A stretch of DNA of 64,000 bases. Source: a bacterium. GTDB lineage: Bacteria > Patescibacteriota > Patescibacteriia > HK-STAS-PATE-3. Shown in pieces: positions 18,206 to 27,955 of the stretch. The notes under the pieces were generated by a model. It made no database searches. It had not been told where the DNA came from and saw nothing but the letters and a program-made list of their open reading frames with translations. A program made the translations under genes and the position numbers. Position 1 is the first letter of the stretch. The number at the start of each line of letters is the position of its first letter. The stretch covers positions 4,065 through 68,064 of the forward strand of contig JAZDMR010000015.1 in assembly GCA_043800725.1 (NCBI GenBank). Reading direction: 5' to 3'.

Positions 18206-19261
18206 ATGACTGAACCAAAACATGAGATTCCAGAAGTCAATACAGATCATCCCAAGACACAACACGATCATTCTGAATCTCTGCCCGAGCTCGGACATAA
18301 TCCGTCTGAATCGTCCGTAGCTCCTCATCATGATCCGATGAAGCCTCAGTACCAGGAAGAACGCCCGCCCCATTACCACAAAGGAAGAAAACTGAGCTTT
18401 GGCCGATTTCTATTTGGCAGTTTGTTTATCCTGATTGGCTTGGCTTACCTGGCCAATTCCACGGGATTGATTGAGGTTAACTTAAATTTATGGCAACTCT
18501 GGCCACTGCTAATAATTATCTTCGGGCTGTCAATTATCTCCAGCAAGGGCTGGGTGTCTTGGGTGGTGGGCATTATTGTTACTTTGGCAGTGCTGGGTGT
18601 AGCAGCATGGATTATATTCAGCGGCACCAATACCCGATCTGTTACGACTGAGGATATTGATATTGCCAAGCCTGAATCAGTAACTCAAGCAGAGGTGACT
18701 TTTAAAACAGGCGCCGGAAGCCTGCTAATTGAGGGCGATGGTACGGAGGTTATCTCTGGAACGCATAAAACAAATGGCCCATCACTATCAACCAGCACCG
18801 AGGTTGAAGACGAAACTCAAAAGATTGGCTTAACCACTTCTGGCAGCTGGCAGGGTATTGGTAATTTAACCAACGAGTTTGATTTAAAGTTTTCCAATGA
18901 TCTTCTGTATCAATTGTCGATTGATTCAGGAGCCATGGGTATGAATTTGGATTTAAGCGAAATTCGGTTAACTCGTTTAGATATCGATACAGGTGCCTCC
19001 TCCTTAGATTTGATCCTCGGTGATAAAGTAGACCAAGCTGATGTATCAATTGAGGCCGGCGCCAGCTCGCTGGATATCACTGTGCCAAAAGAAGTAGGCG
19101 TAAAAGTTGATATTGATGCTGGTTTGTCGTCAAAGAATTTAGATGACTTGGAAAAAGTTGATGACAACACTTACCAATCCGAGGGCTATGACGAGGCTGA
19201 AAAAAAGGTTGATATTGATTTGGATATTGGCGTGTCCAGCGTGACTATTCGTTGGGATTAG
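18206..19261 (+). CDS. LiaF/DUF5668 TM domain plus toast-rack-type beta domain (envelope stress response)
   Basis: WQLWPLLIIIFG; repeated GAxS.DL/GASSLDI beta units; His/Pro-rich N-terminus; follows pspC. Confidence 0.75.
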   Translation: MTEPKHEIPEVNTDHPKTQHDHSESLPELGHNPSESSVAPHHDPMKPQYQEERPPHYHKGRKLSFGRFLFGSLFILIGLAYLANSTGLIEVNLNLWQLWPLLIIIFGLSIISSKGWVSWVVGIIVTLAVLGVAAWIIFSGTNTRSVTTEDIDIAKPESVTQAEVTFKTGAGSLLIEGDGTEVISGTHKTNGPSLSTSTEVEDETQKIGLTTSGSWQGIGNLTNEFDLKFSNDLLYQLSIDSGAMGMNLDLSEIRLTRLDIDTGASSLDLILGDKVDQADVSIEAGASSLDITVPKEVGVKVDIDAGLSSKNLDDLEKVDDNTYQSEGYDEAEKKVDIDLDIGVSSVTIRWD

Positions 19262-19269
19262 CCTGATTT

Positions 19270-19638
19270 ATGACTATTCATTTTGCCATTCCAACTAAAG
19301 ATTTAGATAAGTCGCGTAGTTTTTACGAAATGCTGAGTTTTCGTTATCAAGATAAGTGGGCAAAGCCAGACCAAGATTTATCAGCTTATTGGCTAGAATC
19401 AGATGAGGGTGTTCGCATTGAATTAGTGCATAAGCCTGGTTTTGAATACCAGCAACCAGAGAATATTCCTGAGCTGCTGCATTTATCTTTTCCGGTGGAA
19501 AGCCTGGCAGACGAGATTGATAAGTGGCAGGACAGGGGAGTGAGAATACTCAAGCCGATTACCAAAGGAGTGTCTGTTAAACAATTTGCTTTTATCGAAG
19601 ATCCATCCGGATTTCCAATTGAGCTGGGGGAGTATTAG
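19270..19638 (+). CDS. VOC (glyoxalase/bleomycin resistance) family protein
   Basis: HFAI...DLDKSRSFY, RIEL, HLSF and FIEDPSGFPIEL motifs. Confidence 0.9.
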   Translation: MTIHFAIPTKDLDKSRSFYEMLSFRYQDKWAKPDQDLSAYWLESDEGVRIELVHKPGFEYQQPENIPELLHLSFPVESLADEIDKWQDRGVRILKPITKGVSVKQFAFIEDPSGFPIELGEY

Positions 19639-19641
19639 TAT

Positions 19642-20199
19642 ATGAAAAACATCGAAGTAGAATTGACGTTTTTACTTGAAGATCACGAATCAGCTCGCGC
19701 TAAGATTAAGCAGGTCGCACAAGTTAAAGGCGAGATTCATCAAAAAGATACTTATTACACACCTAAGCACAAAAACTTTGTCCAACAAATGCCGATTTCT
19801 GATTGGTTGAGAATCCGGGAAACCGACCAAGGCGCTGACGTTGCTTTTAAGCACTGGCATAATCAGGATGATGCTCAGGCGGTGTCCTGCGATGAATTTG
19901 AAACCAAGATAGAAAATGCTAACCAGCTGAAAAAGATATTTGACCAGCTTGAAATAAGCGAGCTGATGGTGGTTGAAAAAAATAGAACAATATACCAATA
20001 TCAGGATATTGAAATAGCCCTAGATGATGCTACTGATCTGGGCTGGTTTATTGAGTTAGAGGCCAAAGGCGAATATCAATCTATTGAGCAGGCCAAAGAG
20101 CGCTTGCATTCCGTGTTAAAAGAGCTGGATATCAGAGTGGGGGAGCAGGACTTTATTGGCTATCCGTACAGACTGCTGGAGAAAAAGGGATTACTTTAA
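19642..20199 (+). CDS. CYTH-domain protein (class IV adenylate cyclase-like)
   Basis: EVE N-terminal motif, QKDTYY, WLRIRE, EFET, LGWFIELE and GYP. Confidence 0.85.
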   Translation: MKNIEVELTFLLEDHESARAKIKQVAQVKGEIHQKDTYYTPKHKNFVQQMPISDWLRIRETDQGADVAFKHWHNQDDAQAVSCDEFETKIENANQLKKIFDQLEISELMVVEKNRTIYQYQDIEIALDDATDLGWFIELEAKGEYQSIEQAKERLHSVLKELDIRVGEQDFIGYPYRLLEKKGLL

Positions 20200-20292
20200 A
20201 ATAGAGTATCGAAATTTCTAAGGCACAAGTATTAATCCTTCAACTCGTAGATGAAGACGGCCATCTTCATATACTGGTGTTTTGAAATAAAA

Positions 20293-22200
20293 CTAACGCA
20301 CCACTACTCCGGAGTTGTTAAAAATATTCCAATCCTGCTCAAATCTATCAGTTGTCCAATATAAGACGCCGGCATAAGGGTCATTGAGAATGATTTTTGA
20401 AGGATTTTCCGCATTGCCGACAAAGCCGACCACGGTGCGGGCATGTTCGCCTTTCCAGGCGTAAATATATTTGCCATCCTGGGTATACCAAGAGTCTTCA
20501 TAGCCCGAGCCGTATATTCCCCAGGTGATCACCGGATTACCTTGAGCAATTTCATGAGTAAGCTGTGCTACAGTCCAGCCAGTGAATGCTTCAGCCGATC
20601 TCCACTGATCAGCAGCGCGAGCAATTGGATCCCAATAAACTCCATAACCAGTAGTGTTTTGACGGCCGCTAATATCTCCCACGTAGGCCAAGTAAGGATC
20701 GCCCCAGACATTGCCCTGATGGCTAGTCGAGTCGTAGCCGACCAGATCCATAATTTCGGTTTCGGTAACAGATATGCCCTTGTAGCTCAAGGCCATTTTT
20801 AGGGCGGCTGCTTCACATGACAAAGATTGATCCTGAAAATCTTGAGCAATAGCCAACTTAATTGTTTCCGGGGCAGTAGCAAACTTAACTTTATAATCTT
20901 GGTCAGAATCAAGTCCATAAGTACTTTTTATTCCGCTGTGAATTGTCAGCTGATAAGTATAATTGTAAGCCAGGTCGCCGCTGGGCGTAAAAATCATGGT
21001 ATTGCCATCCCAGGAAAATTCGCCTTGATGAGCAGGATCAATTTGAAACTTACTTTCAGCTGAGGCGCGGTCGACCTCTTGGTCAAAGCTGACTCGAATT
21101 GTGTTATTGATCCCCACGCCGGTCGTTCCATCCTGAGGGCTGAGATGAGAAACGCTAACCCGGCCAATCGTATTAAAACTAAAATTTATATCTTCTACTA
21201 AGTACCCGCCTTGAGCATTTTTTGTCCCTACTGGTATGGTTACCTGATATTCTGTTTCATAACTTAGGAATTCCGGGGTAAAGGTGAGAATTTTATTATT
21301 ATCCGATAAACTGATCAGGCCCTGGGTATCCGGACTGATAGATAAATTTCCCTTAATAGAAGTTTCGTCCATTGCCTGGCTAAAGGTAATGGAAATATTT
21401 TCATCAACATGAATATCATCGCCAGTCGGGCCCACCTCTTCTACTTTGGGTGGAGGCGCGGTCTTATATGAGCCTTGGTAGAGTTTCTTCGGCTCATCCT
21501 GAAATACCACCTCATGACTTTGTTTGTCTTTAACCATCCAGATACGATTTATTACTAGTTTATAGTCAGCGCCTTGAACCAAGGGTTGATTTGGCGTGAG
21601 AGTGTATTGATCCAGTGAATTATTAACTGCTTTGGTAAATTCAATCTCGGGTTCAAACAGAAATTCAAATTCAGCTAAATCCGGATTAGGTTCTGTTAAG
21701 TTAATTTTAAATGTAGTCTCGGGAGACAATCCAGTTTTTTCATCAGCCGGGATAACGCTGGAAATATCAGGGAGAGATCGAGTAGTAAAGCCATAAGTAA
21801 TGGTTTTTGAATCACTCAGGTCATAAATGCTTTTAATGTTTTCTAGCTGGACGCGATACTCTGTTTCCGGCCTTAATGATTGATTAGGCACAAAGCGAAG
21901 TGTGCGAAAAAGATGTTTGGTAATAATAGGGTCTTCATAAATCCATTCACCGTCTACCTCTGGTTCGATGGTTGCAATTAAACTGTCTCTATCTATAGGC
22001 TTGTTAAAAGAAATTACCACGCTCGAATCTAGGGCTACGTTTAAAGTTGATTTATTTGGCGATAGTTTCTCAACTTGGGGAGCAAGCATGAAGTAGTACG
22101 CAAATATTAAAAAAAGCGCCAGAGCGCAAATAATCAATAGAGATATTACTATTCTAATAATAATTCCTTTTGTTTTTATTTTCTTTTCTGGCAATTCCAT
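20293..22200 (-). CDS. Membrane-anchored protein with four bacterial Ig-like (Big_5) domains and C-terminal C39-like peptidase
   Basis: Repeated 'P.......I.ITFSQ.MD' units; QDQSLSCEAAAL (Cys), EHARTVVG (His), NDPY (Asp). Confidence 0.85.
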   Translation of the reverse strand: MELPEKKIKTKGIIIRIVISLLIICALALFLIFAYYFMLAPQVEKLSPNKSTLNVALDSSVVISFNKPIDRDSLIATIEPEVDGEWIYEDPIITKHLFRTLRFVPNQSLRPETEYRVQLENIKSIYDLSDSKTITYGFTTRSLPDISSVIPADEKTGLSPETTFKINLTEPNPDLAEFEFLFEPEIEFTKAVNNSLDQYTLTPNQPLVQGADYKLVINRIWMVKDKQSHEVVFQDEPKKLYQGSYKTAPPPKVEEVGPTGDDIHVDENISITFSQAMDETSIKGNLSISPDTQGLISLSDNNKILTFTPEFLSYETEYQVTIPVGTKNAQGGYLVEDINFSFNTIGRVSVSHLSPQDGTTGVGINNTIRVSFDQEVDRASAESKFQIDPAHQGEFSWDGNTMIFTPSGDLAYNYTYQLTIHSGIKSTYGLDSDQDYKVKFATAPETIKLAIAQDFQDQSLSCEAAALKMALSYKGISVTETEIMDLVGYDSTSHQGNVWGDPYLAYVGDISGRQNTTGYGVYWDPIARAADQWRSAEAFTGWTVAQLTHEIAQGNPVITWGIYGSGYEDSWYTQDGKYIYAWKGEHARTVVGFVGNAENPSKIILNDPYAGVLYWTTDRFEQDWNIFNNSGVVVR

Positions 22201-22267
22201 ATTGCTAAGTATATTTTAGCATAAATAATCACTTTTGTCACTTATTTGCATTATAATTTTTAAAAGT

Positions 22268-22301
22268 AAAAAGCCAGCAAGTGTAGTGCTTGCTGGCTTT
22301 T
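22268..22301 (-). terminator. Intrinsic terminator (possibly bidirectional)
   Basis: AAAAGCCAGCAAG/CTTGCTGGCTTTT. Confidence 0.8.
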
Positions 22302-22322
22302 GGGGTTGATTTTGATTACTCA

Positions 22323-22814
22323 TCACATAACGCGACGACGAATGGTCTCCCAGAAATATTTATTCCACACGTCAGTTTTTTCGACATAGAAGTCTGGTTC
22401 ACCTTCATTGGTTGATTTCTTGTTTTTGAAGTGCAATGTAGCTACAAAGGGAATGCCACCGGCACGGTAAACTTTTTTCTTTGCAAGGGTCAAGGTGTCT
22501 CCAGTGTGCCATACTTCGTCAATTATCAAAACTCGCTTACCACGAAGTAGAGCCTCATCAGGGAATTGAAGAACCTGCGGTTGCTCCATCTTTCGATCGT
22601 TTTCATCGTACCAGCGGACCGAGAAGTAGGTTAGTTCAAAAAAATTAAGGCAGTGCGCCAACATTACGCCCAATGGTGCACCACCTCGGGAAATCAATAG
22701 CCAGATGTCGAACTTCTCATCTTTGAGCTTGTGAGCTAATCTGCCAATCAATTCCTCGGTCTCATCATATGAGAGCTCTTGTATTTGTTCTTCTGGTTGT
22801 TCGCTCATATTCAT
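22323..22814 (-). CDS. Type I phosphoribosyltransferase (xanthine-guanine PRT-like)
   Basis: ISRGG, PRPP-binding VLIIDEVWHTGDTL and PDFY motifs; start (22814 or 22808) after GGAGGAGG. Confidence 0.85.
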   Translation of the reverse strand: MNMSEQPEEQIQELSYDETEELIGRLAHKLKDEKFDIWLLISRGGAPLGVMLAHCLNFFELTYFSVRWYDENDRKMEQPQVLQFPDEALLRGKRVLIIDEVWHTGDTLTLAKKKVYRAGGIPFVATLHFKNKKSTNEGEPDFYVEKTDVWNKYFWETIRRRVM

Positions 22815-22934
22815 CCTCCTCCATGTCAACGAGCTAATGACAAAACTAATTAGTATTAGGTGTAGCACAAGCTAAATCATCCAGTCAAATTAGCAGCCTG
22901 TTGACAGACTGGCTGGTCAGTATTAGGCTAAAAA

Positions 22935-23232
22935 TGTTTCTGAGTCTATTTAAGTTGTGAGGATGGGTCGATGAGGCTCCTGGCTCAGGAACACGCTATT
23001 GTCATTGCAACCTCCTTTCTTTTTATCTTTCAGTGGCCATTGCTAGGGCCAAAAATATTGACCTTTTAAAAGGAGTCGACATGCTCTGTGCTGCTGATTT
23101 ACCCGTTTTAGCTTGGGTGATTTGCTCCCCCATGTCTGATTTCCGCATGGGGGGTCGAGTGATCAATAAAGGCGAGGTTTGATCGCTCATGGATGAGCGC
23201 CGCTTCCTTAAAAAGAAGCGGCGCATTTTTTT
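22935..23232 (+). ncRNA. Stand-alone structured transcript (~300 nt): ncRNA or small-peptide mRNA
   Basis: Promoter TTGACA(22901)-17-TAGGCT(22924); at least 6 stems; terminator GCGCCGCTTC/GAAGCGGCGC plus T7 (23197-23232). Confidence 0.55.
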
Positions 23233-23405
23233 AACCCTTTGTTTTTCTTATTATTGAGCCAAATAGGAGTATTTTAAAAATTTAAAAACCAGTTTGTTTT
23301 ATTATCCGATTTGTAAATAAATTATTATTGACTTGTTTTGTAGAAGTGATAATCTAGCCTCAAATTAAGAATAAGGGTCTTCAATCATTGACAAGGAGGT
23401 TGCGG

Positions 23406-23777
23406 GTGACGTGGAATAATTTGCTCTTTGCATTGCCGAGTATCTTATTGGGTTCCATCGGGCTAGGTATTTGGTTTTGGAAAATGATTCGTCTTGGCGC
23501 CGAAGTCTGCTTAACCACAAAGTACGAGGATCGGCGGTTCAAGTGGATGCTTTTAATCGGATTGATTTCGGCGATTTTAAGCGTGCTGCTTAATAAAATC
23601 CTTGGCCATAGTGCGGCTTCTCCATGGAGGTTTGGCGCTCTGATCTGGATAATATCCATGGTCGTCTGGTATATTCAGTGGCTGATAATGAAAAAGCGCA
23701 TGAAGCCGGCAGAGCCGATTTCGTTGAGGGGAGATGATGTTTTTCCGCCAATTGATAGGCGCCTGTCAATTCGGTAA
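23406..23777 (+). CDS. Orphan membrane protein (about 3 TM)
   Basis: GTG start 6 nt after AAGGAGG; terminator AGCCGC.../..GCGGCTTTT at 23796-23826. Confidence 0.65.
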   Translation: MTWNNLLFALPSILLGSIGLGIWFWKMIRLGAEVCLTTKYEDRRFKWMLLIGLISAILSVLLNKILGHSAASPWRFGALIWIISMVVWYIQWLIMKKRMKPAEPISLRGDDVFPPIDRRLSIR

Positions 23778-23846
23778 CCCAAATAATGGCTTATCAGCCG
23801 CTGCGTAGAGGTACGTGGCGGCTTTTCTTATACCAGAGATAATAGT

Positions 23847-24458
23847 ATGATATTTAACATGAGGGGTAAAAAAGATTCATATTTAAATAAAATGCCTGGA
23901 ACTGTTGTTGGTGCCTTGATTTTGCTGTTTTTTATTATTGTTATGGGCCGTATTTTTTCTAATGAAGATACCTGGATTTGCGATGATAATATTTGGGTTA
24001 AACACGGCAATCCTACTAGTTCCCAGCCGGCTGAGCCATGTGATGCTAATGAAAATTCCAATACCAATACTGATATTGTTATAAACACCACAGCTTGCGA
24101 ACTGGTTACAGATTATCAGGAATGCCGAGATCGCCAGGATTGCCTGGCTTATGATCTGTGTAATTGTTCAACTGATTACGAGCATCAGGATAAATGCGGC
24201 GAGCAGCTAGCTGTACCGTGCTTGTGTATTATCGGAGGATTTGACCGATGCATGACTTTGGATTGTTCAGTTGATAGGATTGAGATATCAGAATACTATG
24301 AAAATCTGCGTGACCAGTGTGATGATAACTGCTGTCATTCTTCCGTGGATCGCATGGAGGAGGGGAATCACAAACTCAAACCAGTGGATGAAGACTGTCC
24401 CGCAGGTATGACGATTGAAGGTTTACGTTGCATCACTAGTTATAATTGGTGCCAATAA
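23847..24458 (+). CDS. Cys-rich exported protein
   Basis: One TM, then EDTWIC...WVKHGNP and many cysteines. Confidence 0.7.
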   Translation: MIFNMRGKKDSYLNKMPGTVVGALILLFFIIVMGRIFSNEDTWICDDNIWVKHGNPTSSQPAEPCDANENSNTNTDIVINTTACELVTDYQECRDRQDCLAYDLCNCSTDYEHQDKCGEQLAVPCLCIIGGFDRCMTLDCSVDRIEISEYYENLRDQCDDNCCHSSVDRMEEGNHKLKPVDEDCPAGMTIEGLRCITSYNWCQ

Positions 24459-24762
24459 AAAAAGACCCCGCAGCATTCAAGTCCTAAGAGACCTTCCGGC
24501 TCTTTGGGTTACTTGGGCTGCGGGGTGAGGCTACCATATCCGCTTCTCTCGAGGCGAGTGTCTCCTTAACTACTCCCTAGAGAGTAGCCAGTCTTGCTCA
24601 ATCACGATTGATTAGCCATAGGCGATCAATATCATGAAAATGGGGAGAAGCCGGGTCTGAAATACTATCCTCACTTGCCTCAACCAATAAGGATATTTCA
24701 GAGCTCTCTTGTCATTGACATAGAGCCCATTTTTGCAAGGTGGTGCAGGTTAAGGAGGTCGC
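24457..24762 (-). ncRNA. Large multi-stem ncRNA candidate (~305 nt), family unrecognised
   Basis: Promoter TTGACT(24797-24792)-17-TAGGTT(24774-24769); nested long-range stems; 3' long hairpin with GGAA tetraloop and U7; no meaningful ORF. Confidence 0.65.
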
Positions 24763-24930
24763 AAAAGAAACCTAGCCAGATATCTAATAAAAGTCAAGAA
24801 GTATTTTTTAAAATAGACAAATATTATTAAGTATTATTAGTACTGTTCAAGTACATTGACAGTAGTCATTATTATGATAAGGTTGCTTGTCAATGTTTTT
24901 TCCAAAGTGAGCAATCAGAAGGGGGGTAGC

Positions 24931-25665
24931 ATGCCAAAAATCGCGAAAATTCTAGGCAGTGCAGCAATTCAAATTCTGTATTGCTTGCCGATTCCGGGAT
25001 TGACGCTGAAATTAGCAGCAGTAATTAGGCGTCAATATCCTATTACGGATGACAATGATTGTATTTTTATCCAGGCGTTTGGTCGAAACACCTGGAGCGA
25101 TGCAGAACTGAACAAGAAGATCAGAATACTCCGTCAGCGAGCAGGCTACGATAATGTCAGGATGATGGAAGAACTATCAATACTTTCATTCGACCCTGGT
25201 GACTCCAATCGATCGCTGGCATCTGTCGCACTTGGTCTTTGTCAAAAGCATAAGATTCCCATTATTGCTCAGTGGGAGATTGGCTACGCTCTTTATAAAG
25301 AAAATCCTCAAGCATATCAACGCCTGTTTACTACCGGTCACATACACGTACTCTGGCCTCGCGGTAAATACTATCCAACTTGGGAGGTCAAAAAGGACGC
25401 CATAGTAATTGCACATTCTATTGGGAGTTCGCGGCCGATTGAACTGGCCCATCCTGACATGATAGTCCGTGCAACAGCTATTATATGGAAACTGGGTCTG
25501 GCGCCAAGTTTGTGTCTAGCCGCGATCCCGTATGATTCGCGTTCGGTACAAAAATGGACGAGAAGCTGGCAAAATTGGTGGCTGCGAAATGCCTTGAGCC
25601 ACCCTCACCATGCATGTAAAGGCTGGGTGAGCCTTATACCGCCTAAAACCACCTCCTCTGAATAA
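24931..25665 (+). CDS. Hypothetical protein (possible HUP/DUF218-like fold)
   Basis: ATG 24931 after GAAGGGGGG; 'IAQWEI', 'LAHPD..R' and 'YD..S.Q.WTRS' pattern; terminator 25651-25686. Confidence 0.6.
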   Translation: MPKIAKILGSAAIQILYCLPIPGLTLKLAAVIRRQYPITDDNDCIFIQAFGRNTWSDAELNKKIRILRQRAGYDNVRMMEELSILSFDPGDSNRSLASVALGLCQKHKIPIIAQWEIGYALYKENPQAYQRLFTTGHIHVLWPRGKYYPTWEVKKDAIVIAHSIGSSRPIELAHPDMIVRATAIIWKLGLAPSLCLAAIPYDSRSVQKWTRSWQNWWLRNALSHPHHACKGWVSLIPPKTTSSE

Positions 25666-25757
25666 GTGATTCAGGGGAGGTTTTTTCAAATACTAATTTC
25701 ATTTCAAAAGATTTCGCCCAGATAAAAATGCATTAAAACTTGTGATATAATAGCTTC

Positions 25758-26225
25758 ATGCGAGCTACTATTCAGAGAGTCAGCCAAGCCAGAGTAGATG
25801 TTGGCGATAAGACAATCAGCTCTATTAATCAGGGCTTGGTTGTGCTATTTGGCGTGGGCCAGGATGATACTGAACAAGACCTTGATTGGCTAATCAAAAA
25901 GCTGATTGAGCTTCGAATTTTCAGTGATGATCAGGGTAAAATGAATTTATCCATTATCGAAGCAAAAGGCGAAATGTTATTAATTTCGCAGTTTACGTTG
26001 TTTGCGAATTGCAATAACGGACGCCGGCCCAGCTTTATCCAGGCAGCTGAACCAGAGTTAGCCAGGAAGATGTATGAATTAGCACTTAAGAAAATTGCTG
26101 ATCAAGGAATTAAAATTGTCACCGGGCAATTTGGCACTTATATGAATGTTCACCTGGTAAACGATGGGCCGGTTACTATTAATCTGGATTCCCAAAACAG
26201 CCCTGCTTTAAAAAACCAAGATTAA
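25758..26225 (+). CDS. dtd: D-aminoacyl-tRNA deacylase
   Basis: MRATIQRV, LRIF.D..GKMN, SQFTL, GRRPSF and NDGPVT motifs. Confidence 0.96.
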   Translation: MRATIQRVSQARVDVGDKTISSINQGLVVLFGVGQDDTEQDLDWLIKKLIELRIFSDDQGKMNLSIIEAKGEMLLISQFTLFANCNNGRRPSFIQAAEPELARKMYELALKKIADQGIKIVTGQFGTYMNVHLVNDGPVTINLDSQNSPALKNQD

Positions 26226-26244
26226 TTTGATATACTGCTGATAT

Positions 26245-26685
26245 ATGATTTTACGTTCTATTATGGCTTTAATTCTAATTGGTTCCCTGAGCTTAGTCGG
26301 GGCCGGCTGTTTTATAAAAAGCGCGCCGGAGGAATTATCCAATCAAGCTGAAGAATTAGCCACCACAACTTTTCATGCAGGGGAGCGGATCAGTTTAAAA
26401 GAAAGCGAAGTATTAATATCCTCTGATGAAAGCGTTAGGATTACCCTGGCCAGGATTTTTTACTTGCCGTGCAAGCAAGCGGGTTTGTGCAAGTGGAGCG
26501 GTTTGGCAGCTTCGTTTGATGTAATAGAGTCAGACACGGACGCTCGCGTGAATTTAACCATTGACCAGCCGGAAATCAGAGTGGGCGCTTATAATATGAA
26601 ACTGACCCATGTCAATGAGTATGCCGTGGATTTAATTTTTACTGAGGTGGCCCCGATTATTGTCAATCAGGATAATGACATCTAA
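26245..26685 (+). CDS. Putative lipoprotein/exported protein
   Basis: Signal ending LVGAGC; CxxxxxC pair. Confidence 0.65.
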   Translation: MILRSIMALILIGSLSLVGAGCFIKSAPEELSNQAEELATTTFHAGERISLKESEVLISSDESVRITLARIFYLPCKQAGLCKWSGLAASFDVIESDTDARVNLTIDQPEIRVGAYNMKLTHVNEYAVDLIFTEVAPIIVNQDNDI

Positions 26686-27955
26686 GCGCAAGGCATTAAA
26701 TAACAGCGAGCGCGTGTATTCGGTGCATGAACTTGTTATTGGCGTGAGCGAGTTGTTAAGGCAAGCGATTGGCCGGGTCACTGTCCAGGGCGAAATCAGC
26801 GATTATCGCGATCGATCTTCCAATCTGGTTTTTTTCCAGATAAAAGATGCCAAAAGCACCATGCTCTGTTTTGCCATGGATTGGGAAATCACAACCCCGA
26901 TTGAGGACGGCATGGAAGTTCAAGTGACCGGCTATCCGGCCTTGTTTCAAAAGCGGGGCAGCTTTCATTTTCGCGTGTCGGAAATTAAGCCGGTAGGCGA
27001 AGGCGCATTATTAAAGTCCCTGGAAAAGCTCAAAGCCAAATTAAAAGACCAAGGCCTGTTTGAAGAGTCTCGCAAGCGGCCCCTGCCCAAGTTTCCCGAA
27101 CGCGTGGGTTTGATCACTTCGCCGGACGCTGCTGCCTACAATGACGTTTTACGAGTCTTGCAAAATCGCTGGAGCGGATTAAAAATATTGTTTCAGCCAA
27201 CCTCTGTGCAAGGTGCTGGCTCGGCTCAGCAAATTGCCAGAGCCATCAGTAGCTTTAAAAAAGGTGATGCTGACGTGGTGATACTGACTCGGGGCGGGGG
27301 ATCACTGGAAGACCTTCAGTCGTTTAATGACGAAGGTGTGGCCCGAGCCATTTTTGCTTCGGAAATCCCCGTTGTCTGCGGAGTGGGGCATGAGCGCGAT
27401 TGGACAATTGCCGACCTGGTTTCGGATAAACGAGCCGCTACTCCATCAAATGCCGCTGAGCTGATTGTGCCGGATCGCCAAGAAGTCAGCTTTGCCATTG
27501 AGGCGATGCTGGAAACAATTGACAGCTCCTGGCTAAGGCAAATAAATGACGCTGATCAGCAAATTGATTCAGCTGTTAATTCACTAATACAATCGATTCA
27601 ATATCAATCTCAAGAGTTGAAAGAGTTGCTGTCGAGTTTTGATGCTTTGGGCAGCAGGCTGTTTAAACAGATTACTAATCAGGAACAGCAAATAAATTCT
27701 CAAGCCTATCATTTAAACAGCGGCATTCAAGGTGTTATAAATCACTGGCAAATTGCCTTATCGCATCAAACAAAGATGTTAAACAATCTGTCGCCTCAGT
27801 TCACTTTAAACAGAGGCTATAGCATCACGCGCCTTAATAAAAAATCTTTAAAAAACGTTTCTGCCTTAAAGCAAGGCCAAACAGTGGAAACCACTTTAGC
27901 CCAAGGCAAATTCACCTCAAAAGTAACCAATAAAAAACAGCATGAAAAAAACTAA
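26675..27955 (+). CDS. xseA: Exodeoxyribonuclease VII large subunit
   Basis: VQGEIS OB-fold, GLITSPDAAA, RGGGSLEDL, GVGHE.D, ATPSNAAE and L.RGYSIT motifs. Confidence 0.96.
   Translation: MTSKRKALNNSERVYSVHELVIGVSELLRQAIGRVTVQGEISDYRDRSSNLVFFQIKDAKSTMLCFAMDWEITTPIEDGMEVQVTGYPALFQKRGSFHFRVSEIKPVGEGALLKSLEKLKAKLKDQGLFEESRKRPLPKFPERVGLITSPDAAAYNDVLRVLQNRWSGLKILFQPTSVQGAGSAQQIARAISSFKKGDADVVILTRGGGSLEDLQSFNDEGVARAIFASEIPVVCGVGHERDWTIADLVSDKRAATPSNAAELIVPDRQEVSFAIEAMLETIDSSWLRQINDADQQIDSAVNSLIQSIQYQSQELKELLSSFDALGSRLFKQITNQEQQINSQAYHLNSGIQGVINHWQIALSHQTKMLNNLSPQFTLNRGYSITRLNKKSLKNVSALKQGQTVETTLAQGKFTSKVTNKKQHEKN

Noticed and set aside
24640-24665. RNase P RNA (CAGACCCGGCUU resembles its 3' motif)
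   Set aside because: The motif is mid-molecule and the GAGGAAAGUCC partner is absent.
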